Below are positions 54,624 to 64,000 of a DNA stretch of 64,000 nucleotides, piece after piece. Within the stretch, counting starts at the first letter, position 1, and each line of letters opens with the position of its first letter. Source of the stretch: the human T2T-CHM13v2.0 reference genome, Homo sapiens. Where the stretch lies: the NCBI RefSeq assembly GCF_009914755.1, contig NC_060925.1. The stretch is one strand, 5' to 3'. The notes below the pieces were generated by a model. The model saw only the letters and a program-made list of their open reading frames with translations. It searched no databases and was not told the DNA's origin. Both the position numbers and the translations under genes were made by a program.

Positions 54624-55631
54624 TTTTCCTCATCTGTTAAATGGGGTTCACGACCGTGACTCCCTCATGAGCTGCTGTGATGCTTCATGAGATGAGGAGC
54701 TTCACATCTGGCACAATTAATGGCCCATGGTCAGCTCTCAATCGGGGGCATTTGTTGTGAAGGTTGTGTGGCACTATGTGTCACTGTGGCCACACTGTTC
54801 TCATTATTACATATATGAATCTTACTCCACAACCAAGTGTGCAAGAAATCTCACCAGGCCCAACCCTACCAGAATGATAAGAAATTAAGACTCATCATAT
54901 GAATGGCCGCCTCCACACCTGCCTGGGGTCACACAATAACCCAGAAGGCTTGTCTGATATCTGGAGAATGAGGAAGGGGCCTGGAGGCTTCCATCCTCCA
55001 TGGTCTCAGCTCACCTGTTCTTTGTCCAGGCCCACCTGATCTCCAAGAGGTGGACAGTGCTGTTGCCTGAGCCCAGGTGTGTCTTCAGTGAAGTCAGAAG
55101 CTCCAGTGTTCAAGGTCCAGACCCTCCACCACCACACGGCACCTATGTGCCCTCTTTAGTCCTGCACCTCCTCACGATGCTGGAACAGTCCAGGCACAGT
55201 TGTCCTGCAGACCTCTCCTTCCTAGGTTTGGGGAATTGCCCAATCAGCTCTCTTCTAGAATGTTCCACAGCCTCTTCCCCAATTCCTTCCATGAACCTTC
55301 TGCTTGAGGAACAAGAGTCAAGAGGGAGGTTTGCTTCCTGGTAAAGCTCTGGTTTCCTTTTGCATACAAATTGCCCTGCAGCAAGGGAGCTGGAGGACGG
55401 GCTTCCTCTTCGAATAGGAATGGGAAACTGGGGAAAAGTGTACAAGTCGCTCTGGTCTGGGATTTTACAAACACAAATTATTATCTCCATAGGGCGTGCC
55501 ACACCATTATTATCAGTGCATCTGCAACAGGGGAGGCGTAAGGAAGATGCTTTCTGTGCATCTGACCCCCAACTCCCACAGCCTGAACTAAAAATATCAC
55601 CTGCAGTGAGCCTGAGACATCTACATGAGCA

Positions 55632-55634
<3 letters not shown>

Positions 55635-55677
<43 letters not shown>
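55635..55677. repeat. (GT)21 microsatellite
   Basis: Perfect dinucleotide run. Confidence 0.97.
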
Positions 55678-55678
<1 letters not shown>

Positions 55679-55754
55679 ACCTGCATCTCTGTGTCTTGAT
55701 GCTGTGTGGTGTTAATTCTTTGACTGCATTCATTCACCAAGGCCTGAAGGCATA

Positions 55755-56015
55755 GTATCCTGATTGACCAGATCTGAGTCACAGGCTCACATGCTGACCC
55801 TTGGAATCAGAGTGGGGTCAGCCCCACGTGAGTCTCAGTGTCATGGACTCAGAGTAGGGGAGAGAAAGGTGACCCGGGAGAATGGGGGTGTTTAGAGGGG
55901 GTGGGCCAGGAGGAAATCAGGAGCTCAGTCTGGAGCATGCTAGGCTGGAGATGTCTGTTAATCATCTGGGAGCTACCAGAAGAAGGGGGCATGAATATGC
56001 GCAGACAGCAAGGCA
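55755..56015 (-). mobile_element. MaLR LTR end (MLT1K/L-like) carrying an 83-bp L2-derived insert at 55890-55972
   Basis: CTGATTGACCAGATCTGAGTCAC…GAGTGGGGTCAGCCCCAC… then CTACCAGAAGAAGGGGGCATG after the insert. Confidence 0.6.
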
Positions 56016-56263
56016 AGAGGCTATTGCTGGCAGATAAACATCTAAATTCCTGCACTCCTGTATCAGAAGCTGAATTAGGGTGCAAGCGTGTGGGCACCAG
56101 TCCCTTAAATTACCCTTCTTTGGAAGGAATAATGGACTTGGAGTCAGAAGACTAGATTTCAAGACTAGCCTCTGCTTCATACTGACTGGGGGACTTCTCT
56201 GGGTTTGTTTTCTTGTCTGCAAAATGGGATATAATAAACTACTACTTTAGGGTGGTTATGGAG

Positions 56264-56451
56264 CAGTGCTGTCTGATAGAACTTCCTAGAACTTTCTATT
56301 TAATATGGTAGCCACTGGCCACATGTGGATATTAAGCAATTAACATATAGCTAGTGTGACTAAGGAACTGAATTTTTTATTTTATTTAATTTCAATGAAT
56401 TTAAATTCAAACAGCCACATATGGCTAACAGCAACCATATTGTACAGTGCA
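56264..56451. mobile_element. MER3-like hAT-Charlie MITE inserted in a MIR (MIR about 56110-56510)
   Basis: GTGCTGTCTGATAGAAC…ATGGTAGCCACTGGCCACATGTGG…GCTAGTGTGACTAAGGAACTGAATTT. Confidence 0.88.
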
Positions 56452-56729
56452 GTTTTAGATTATTCAATTGGATCATTACAGTTTGCTTTGTAAACTGTGA
56501 AGTGCTATAAGGGAATATTCATTGCATCCCTTAATTGAAAGCTCCAATGATGAAGCCAGGTACTGTGTGAATAAGTCTTGCTCATGCTCATAATTATTGT
56601 AACCACTGATCTAAGTGGGGCCTGAAATCCTTAAAATGGTCTTATTTCTGGACATCTCCCTTCACATTTGAAGGATTAATATAATGGATCTCTCATGAAC
56701 CTATACAGAATCCCAGTAAGAAATTATTG

Positions 56730-57136
56730 CATGGATGGATGGTTCGATGGATGGATGGACAAGTGGACAGATGAATGGATAGGTGGATGGATGGATGGAC
56801 GTACAGATGGATGGGTGGAAGGACAAATGGATGGATGTACAGACGGATACATAGATGAATAGATGGGTGGATGGATGGGTGAATGGATATATGGATAAAT
56901 GGATGGTTGGGTGGATGGATGGATGGATGGATAGATGGATGGATGGATGGATGGATGGATGGATGGAAAGATGAGTAGAAGAACATATAGAAGGATACAT
57001 GGATGGATGGATGGATGGATGGATGGGTGGGTGGATAGATAGATGAATCGGTGGGTGGATGGATGGATGGGTGGATGGATGGATGGATGGAAGGATGGAT
57101 GGATGGACAGATAGATGAATGGATGGGTGGATGGAT
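56730..57136. repeat. ~400-bp degenerate (GGAT)n array
   Basis: Directly visible; abuts the CATTCATT tail of the L2. Confidence 0.97.
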
Positions 57137-58400
57137 TCATCCATTCATTCCTTCTGTCACCTGCTATGCACTAGGCATTATTCAAGTAGTTAGGGATAGA
57201 ATAATAACACAGACAAAGCTCCTGCTTTCAGAAAGACTGTATTCTAAAGGGGAGAGTCAGATGTTCAAGAAGAAAACAAATAGCATAAAGAATTTCTAGT
57301 AGCAGTAAGCACTATGAAGGAAAATAAAGTGGGGAAGAGGGATGCAGAATAATGGGGCTGCTGTTTCACATAGGGTGGTCTCTTTGGTAAAGCAGCATTT
57401 GAGAAAGCCTTGAGGGAAGGGAGGAAGTGAGCTATGCAGAGATCTGAGGGAAAAGCAGAGAGAACAGAAGAAGGCTAGCATGGCTAAACCAGAGTGTGGG
57501 AGGAGAGGAAATGTAAAAGGAGAGGAGGTCAGAGGGAGCCAGGGGCCTTTCAGGCTTTTGGAAGACTTTGCTTTCCTCTCAGTGAAATGAGAAGCCAGTG
57601 GTGGGCTTTGAGAAGAGGAGGGATTGGATCTGACATATATTTATGTTGTGTTGAAAATAGACTCTAGGGAGGAAAGGCAGGTGCCGGAGACAAATAAGGA
57701 AGCTACTGCAATCATCTAGGCATGAGTTTGTGGTGGCTGGGACCAGGGAGAGAGCAGTGCAAAGTGGGGCAAAGTGGCGAGATTCAGTATCTAGTTCAAA
57801 GGTAGAGCCAGCAGAACTGACGTGGTGGATGTGGTGGGTAGGAGAAAAAGGAGAAGTCCAGAATGATTCCAGAGATGCACCCTTGAGTAACTGGAAGGAA
57901 AGCACTTGTCATTTCTTGAAATAGAGAAGACAGGGGCAGGAGCGAGTTTAGAGGGGGTGGGCCAGGAGGAAATCAGGAGCTCAGTTTGGAGTATGCTAGG
58001 TTAGAGATGTCTATTAATCATCTGAGAGTTGACTGTCCAAATTTCAAGGGAGAGGACAGGGCTGGTCATATCCATTTGGGAATCATCAGCATATACAGAT
58101 GATATTTAAAGCCACGATACCAGACAAGTGAGTACAGATAGAGAATCCAAGGATTGAGCTCTGGAGTCCTCCAACATTTGGAGGTCGGAAGGGGGAAGAG
58201 GATCCAACAAAGGCTACTGAAAAGGAACAGCTGGTGAGGTAGGAAGAAACCAGTAGAGAAGTGACATGTGTCCGGAAGAGAGTGTTCAACTGTTAGATGC
58301 TGCTGACAGATTAAGTAAGAGGGGCTGGAAAGGTGACCACTGGATTTAATAATGTCATTGGTGACCTTGAGTTGTTTCAGAGGAATGGTGGCATGAATCG
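57137..58400 (-). mobile_element. L2, ~1.25 kb of the 3' region
   Basis: CATTCATTC tail; GAAGCTACTGCAATCATCTAGG; AAAGGTAGAGCCAGCAG; ATTTGGGAATCATCAGCATATA…TATTTAAAGCCA; GTCATTGGTGACCTTGA. Confidence 0.88.
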
Positions 58401-58417
58401 CTAGCTAGCTGGCTGAC

Positions 58418-58492
58418 TGGATGGATGGATGGATGGATGGATGGATGGATGGATGGATGGATGGATGGATGGATGGATGGACAGATGGATGG
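58418..58492. repeat. (TGGA)16 near-perfect tetranucleotide STR
   Basis: Pure run 58418-58481 plus an interrupted end. Confidence 0.95.
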
Positions 58493-59008
58493 AAGGCTAA
58501 CTTAACTACTGCAGCTAACTTAACTACTGCAGGTAACTGCACCATCTTGTCACCTGTGACAGCAATTAAGCAACTGTTGCCTGACACTCCGTGTGCCAGA
58601 ACCAAAAGCTGTCAAAACCAATCTCCTTCTCCATTCACCCAACTTTTTGGATCCAGCCCAGAAATCCTGGTGTGACCTGTGTTTGCTATAAGATGAGAAT
58701 CTTGACATCTTCTGGTTTGATTATCCTTCTCTGGATTACCCATAATGCTCTTGGTCGAATGTTTCCCCTTTTAAGGTTTGAGAAGGGAAAGGAAAGGAAG
58801 AAAATGAGAGGAAAAAAAACTAACTCTGGGATCCTAGACTTACTTGGTTTTGTATTTCCATTTGCCAAACTGATGCTTTGCCAAATCTCCCTTCCTTTCT
58901 GGAAGAGCAGATTTGCGCAGCCACCTACCTCTGCAAGTGGGGGTCCCTGGAGATTCCTCCATGTTAAAGCCAAATGAGGAAAGGTCTCAGATATATCTGT
59001 AAATTTGT

Positions 59009-59313
<305 letters not shown>

Positions 59314-59563
59314 TTGTAAGACATTTTATGTAAAGTGTTATTTATCTTTTTATGGGTTTATTTGGTTGTTGTTATCATTTATTGGGTGAGCATGGAAGCT
59401 GAACTCTTGTCTTCCCTGCCTTGCATTGTCCTTAATTTATTAAAAAAAAAAAAAAAGAAAAAAGAAAAAAAAACTATTTTCAATGAAGCCATTTCTTCCT
59501 TCTCCTAATAGTGAAAATCACTGGATTCTTAGGAGGCATGAGGCACAGACCAGGCTTCCTACG

Positions 59564-59759
59564 CAGGATGTGCTGGGGTCTGCTCCAGGCTCCTGAGAGC
59601 CAATAGTTACATTTTCAGGAATGTTATAAGCCTCATACTGGTGGCTTAAAATTGATGATGAGAGTATGTACACCATGGAAACTGGCAATGACTACAAATC
59701 AGGGCTCCTTCGCCCAACCCTCCACAGTTGATTGTTAAACACTTGCCAGTACACCACTG
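59564..59759 (+). mobile_element. MER63A-like hAT MITE
   Basis: CAGGATGTGCTGG … GAGAGCCAATAGTTACATTTTCAGGAA … CTACAAATCAGGGC … TTGCCAGTACACCACTG (TIRs). Confidence 0.75.
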
Positions 59760-60479
59760 CCTGTTGCCTTCACTATCAAGAAAGAGGTTTTCTGAGATCA
59801 ATCTGAAGTGTGACCTCGGGAATTTCCTGCTTTCCTGGAAGGGGGTAGATTTCAGCCCAGGCATGACTGCCACATCAACAGAGATGCTCGGGAAGATGTG
59901 TTGCCCTGCAAACTTTCACAGTTGACACCCCCTGCTTCAAGCTCTGTGTGATGACAGTGAAGTGAGAGTGAGCCGCTCCTCTGAATGGAGAGATTAAAAG
60001 CAGTTGTTTGACTGAGGCAAGGAGGAAGAAGAAAGCCCAGACAAGCCAAGTGGGACTGTGATCTTAACAGATGTTAGGATCTTACCTCATTAGGGCACCT
60101 CAGAGGCTTGCCGCGGAGGTGAGAAACAATAGATGAGGTGATGGCTTTATGGAATTGTCAGTGTTATCAGTTCCCTGTCCTCAATCTGATCTGCACAATC
60201 ACAGCCTCTGTTGTCACCTGTCCAATTTCCAATCTTGTGGTAGCTGCGTTTATTACATGCGCAAATGCAGCCAGCAGCCAGAATGACATTAGCGATAGTA
60301 GCTGCTGTGGGCTCATTATTATGCAAGCCAGGAAAGGAACTCTAGGCAGGTGATTAAACATGCCTTTGGCAACAGAGCAAAGAACAGATGCTTGGGAGGA
60401 CACACCTTGAAATTGCAGGTAGGAACCTGGGTTTAGGACCATCACTCCTGTGCAGGTCTTTGCAGGGGAAGCAGACACA

Positions 60480-60747
60480 GCGTTGTGTAGTAGTTAAGTG
60501 GAGGGAGTGGGGTCTGGAGCTGGACTGCCTGGATTCAAGTCTCACTCTGCCCCTTACCAGCTCTGTGACCTTGAGTATGCTTCCCACCTTCTCTGTTTAC
60601 ATTAGTCTGCCCATCTCTAAAATAGGATAATGATGCTAATGATAGTACCAAAAATTGGTATGCTTTTGAGGATCCATGAGTAATCTACGTAAAACACTTA
60701 AAGTGATGCCTGTCACACAGAGCTAATAAATGTTAGCTGTTATTATT
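60480..60747 (+). mobile_element. MIR, full length
   Basis: GACTGCCTGGATTCAAG…TGTGACCTTG…AATAAATGTTAGCTGTTATTATT. Confidence 0.9.
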
Positions 60748-60886
60748 CTCCCTCCAGACCTTTTTGTAGATAGGCATGTCTAGATTTGGGGAAGTCTTGT
60801 CTTACCACTTAGAATACTGCAAAGTCATCTACTTTGACATGAACTAAAGAAAGTAAGAAAGCCTTTGGGCAAGTTGAAACCAACTT

Positions 60887-61505
60887 GTATTAGTCAGACA
60901 TTTTTGAGTTTCAGGTGACAGAAATTCAACCCAAACTGTCTTAAGCCAAATATATACATACATGTAGAGATGCAAAAGCTACTGGTTCTGGTGATTCAAA
61001 ATACCAGGGTTGATCTTCCAGTCATGGCTGGTTCCAGGGACTTGAAAATGCCAGTGTGGATCCTTCAGGCATGACTGGCTCCAGGAGCTCAAGGGGTGTT
61101 CCCCGCACTCTCTCGGACTCTCTTGGACTCTCTTCTCACCACCAATCTCGTGGCTCTGTCTCCCGTTACTCCCTTTGTGTATTGGCCCCATTGTCTTCTA
61201 CTGAAGACACCATCCTCCATATGGCTGGGGAAGATGACCTCAAACATCATCCTTATTGCTAAGGATCGCCAAGAGAAAACATATTTTCTAGAAGTTCCAG
61301 AAAAAGTCTGATTGGTTCACCTTTGGTTACATGCATATTTCTGATCCAATCACAATGGCCATGGGGATAGGGTGCATGATAGACATGCATCATGGGCCAA
61401 TCCCTGAGCTGAAAGATAGGCATATGGGGTCAGCTCTGCCCAACCCAACCCAGGAGTTGGGGAAGGGGAGGTTCTCCAAAGGTGGAGTGTGAAATAGACA
61501 CACAA
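60887..61505 (-). mobile_element. MaLR solo LTR (MLT1K/L-like)
   Basis: TGTATTAGTCAG…GGTGACAGAAATTCAACCCAAACTG; CTTCAGGCATGACTGGCTCCAGGAGCTCAA; CCAATCACAATGGCC. Confidence 0.7.
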
Positions 61506-61529
61506 CACAGGGTCACCACAAGTCCTTGG

Positions 61530-62130
61530 TCACGGCAAAGACTCCGAAAGCCTGTGACAGCTTGGGTTCAAGTCCTGGCTCCTCCCTTATTAGTTTGGTC
61601 ACCTAGGACAAGGTTCTTTCTCCTCTCTGTGCTTCAGTCTTCTCATCCATAACATGTGTGTAATAATAGTGCCTACTGCGTGAGCCTGTTGGGGGCAAAA
61701 TGAGTGAATATGTGCAATCTGCTTAGAACGGTACAGTGCTTGATAGTTATGGAATAAATGATCAGTAAAGGCTGTTGTTATCTGATATTCACAATTATCA
61801 TGAATATCTTACAAATACTTTCATTAATTCCACAAATAAATTTCATGTCTTTTATATACCAGGCTGGCTCCCAGTGTCTCGATGGACCCTACGGCACATT
61901 GGGAGAGACAGACATCCAGCAAATGATGACTCAATGATTGTGGATTGGATTTCTTGTACAAAGTGGCAAAGTGGAAAGACGAGAAGGCTTGCATTTAAAG
62001 TCAGACCAAGAACCTGCAGACATGGTTAAAATTCCAGCTCTCCGACATATTGGCTGTGTGACAGAGGGCACATCACTTCCTCTCTCTCAGTCTTAACTTT
62101 CTACCCTCTAAAATTGAATGATAATTGCTG
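61530..62130 (+). mobile_element. Two MIRs (about 61530-61780 and 61960-62130) with an L2 scrap between
   Basis: TGGGTTCAAGTCCTGGCTC; GCTGTGTGAC…TCACTTCCTCTCTC. Confidence 0.75.
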
Positions 62131-62209
62131 GTGGATTCTGACTCCAGCTGCTTAATGCCTGAAGGCCACTTATCACCCCACAACCTATCACTGATGCATA
62201 GGACCAGAA

Positions 62210-62427
62210 CAGGGCTTCTCAACTTCAACCTTGTTGGCATTTGGAGTTAAACATTAACAGTTCTTTGGGGGGGTGGCTGTCCTGTGCATTGTAGGATGTT
62301 GAGCAACTTCCCTGCCCTCTACACACTAGATACTCCCAGTGTGACAACCAAAAATGTCTCCAGACATTGCCATATGTCTCAACTGGGTACCAAAATCCCC
62401 CCTACCCATCCCCACTTGAGAACCACC
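62210..62427 (-). mobile_element. MER20 hAT-Charlie element
   Basis: GGCTGTCCTGTGCATTGTAGGATGTT…TGTGACAACCAAAAATGTCTCCAGACATTGCC…TTGAGAACCAC. Confidence 0.9.
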
Positions 62428-63069
62428 AAAGGAATTCCTCTGATTAACTGTGCTGGGCATCCCCTCTTCTGGGCCTCAGTTTCCCCATCTGTCAAATGAA
62501 TGGCTTAGCCCAGAAGATGGATAGCTATTGGCCTCCCCAAAGCAGAGTTTTCCCCAACTCTAAATTTTGTGGTGAAAACCCACCAAGTTCTAAGAACAGG
62601 CTTGGGACAAGGAGGAGAAAGGACATTCGGCCCTCAGCTGGAGGGAGGCAGAGCCCTGCAGATGCCCATCTCAGGTCCACCTTTTGCGGCCTCTTGTCTG
62701 GCTCTAGGCCCTCTCCCTTGCCAGTTTCCTGTTGGCCACCATGTTTTCCCAGTTGCTCTGGGAACACGTTTCCTTCCCACATCCCACTGGGAATAGGAAA
62801 GTCCATTGAATATTCATGAACGTATAAAATGAATTTGTGGTTGATATCGATCTAGTTCCTGAGGCCTAAGCTGGCCTCATCTTCCCCAAGTGGCCTCTCA
62901 GCCCTGGCTTCATGTTTCTAAGGGAACTTGTCCTGGTTTTCTTGAAAGGTAATCTTCTTGCGGATCAACTTTGCTAAGAAAATGAAAAGCTTTTTCCTCT
63001 CCCTTTAAATCCCTGCTCGTATCTGCCAAGAGCAGGAAGAGTCCCTGCCAGAGCCTTGGGATTGCATTG

Positions 63070-63445
63070 GGCATTTGAGCTCTGGAGTCAGGAAGGTCTC
63101 TGTTCAAATACCAGCTGCGTCGGTCCCTGAGTGCTGACCTTGTGCTGGTCACCTGGTTCCTGGAGCCTCGGTTCCTCATCTGTGTAACAACTAATGGAGT
63201 AAATAGAGTAATGGGAATTCACCATCTCGTGAGGTGGTTTCTAGCATTAAATAAATTAATATAAGTGAAGCACACAGCATATTCCTAACAAATACTCAAT
63301 ATGTAATAGATATTCTAGTTTTGTTATTAATGATTACATATATGATGATTGAGAAGTCAAATGAGATTATTATAGCCAGTGCTTTGTAAACTGCTCAGTG
63401 CTACGTACAGGAGTAAATAGTTCTAAGATGTTATCAACATTATTA
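63070..63445 (+). mobile_element. MIR plus a second MIR 3' fragment
   Basis: GCTCTGGAGTCAG…GAGCCTCGGTTCCTCATCTGT; GTGCTTTGTAAACTG. Confidence 0.8.
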
Positions 63446-63789
63446 GCATCACTTTGCCAGCCAGCCAAAGCAAAACGGCCCTGGGTGATCTGTCAATATC
63501 ACAATCCAGCAGTATCAGATGCTGTTTGGCTCTGATTTCAGGATCAGAAATGGCCTACGAATAGACTCGTTGGCTCAGATTGACTTAAAGCTTCATTCTG
63601 AAAAATCTACACCACAGATTTGGGCCCAGGGAATTACCCCTAGTGGAGACCAACTGGGCTCCAGAATGAAGGCTTCGAATACAATTTGAATTGTGTGACT
63701 ATGCGAGAATGTAGACCGTCCCCCACAGCATGGACATGCCTAAGACACAGTCGGGTTCAATCTTGTCATCATGGAGGTAGTGACCACCA

Positions 63790-63995
63790 TCGAATGGTCC
63801 CCAAATATGAGCTACCATGTTAAGTACATTTTGTGCATTATCTCATTAATCCTCACAACAACGTCATAAGGGGGCTATGACCAACTCCTTGTTATGAACA
63901 AGGAAAAGAAGGCTCACAAAGATTGAATTCAAGTCAAGAATCTCAAGGCAAATAACAGTGGAGCTGAACTTCTGGGCTTCTCAGACACATGCTCA
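63790..63995 (-). mobile_element. MIR
   Basis: GCATTATCTCATTAATCCTCACAACAAC…GGCTCACAAAG…GTGGAGCTG. Confidence 0.75.
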
Positions 63996-64000
63996 CTGTA

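Noticed and set aside
59443-59472. A-rich tract as the tail of a processed pseudogene
   Set aside because: No upstream mRNA-like or SINE body and no TSD were identified.

Overview
This is primate, almost certainly human-like, non-coding genomic DNA. The evidence is about 25 Alu copies (J, S and Y lineages, many with readable target-site duplications, TSDs), many MIR and L2 relics, L1 3' fragments, MaLR/ERVL solo LTRs, hAT and Tc1/mariner DNA-transposon fossils, and long (GGAT)n/(TAGA)n arrays. I find no supportable protein-coding exon, RNA gene, CpG island or CRISPR array. The listed ORFs are read-throughs of repeats or chance ORFs; the only recognisable protein similarity is a decayed Tigger/pogo transposase fragment at about 33.6-33.9 kb. 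Repeat-free islands rich in homeodomain, SOX, MEIS and GATA-type motifs suggest an enhancer-containing intergenic or large intronic interval (inference; I cannot name the locus). The most unusual structures seen directly are: (i) a ~286-bp, ~86%-identical inverted duplication of an L2/MIR composite (35798-36083 and 36968-37255); (ii) an 83-bp L2 piece copied ~2 kb away into an MLT1-type LTR (55890-55972 vs 57946-58028); (iii) a 15-bp minisatellite just downstream of a TATA-like motif; (iv) MER30 and MER58 sharing one 8-bp target duplication; (v) an Alu-split MADE1; (vi) an AluY with a Yd-like 12-bp deletion. I do not see evidence for a new biological system. Repeat subfamily names come from my recollection of consensus sequences, and boundaries are approximate unless a TSD is quoted.
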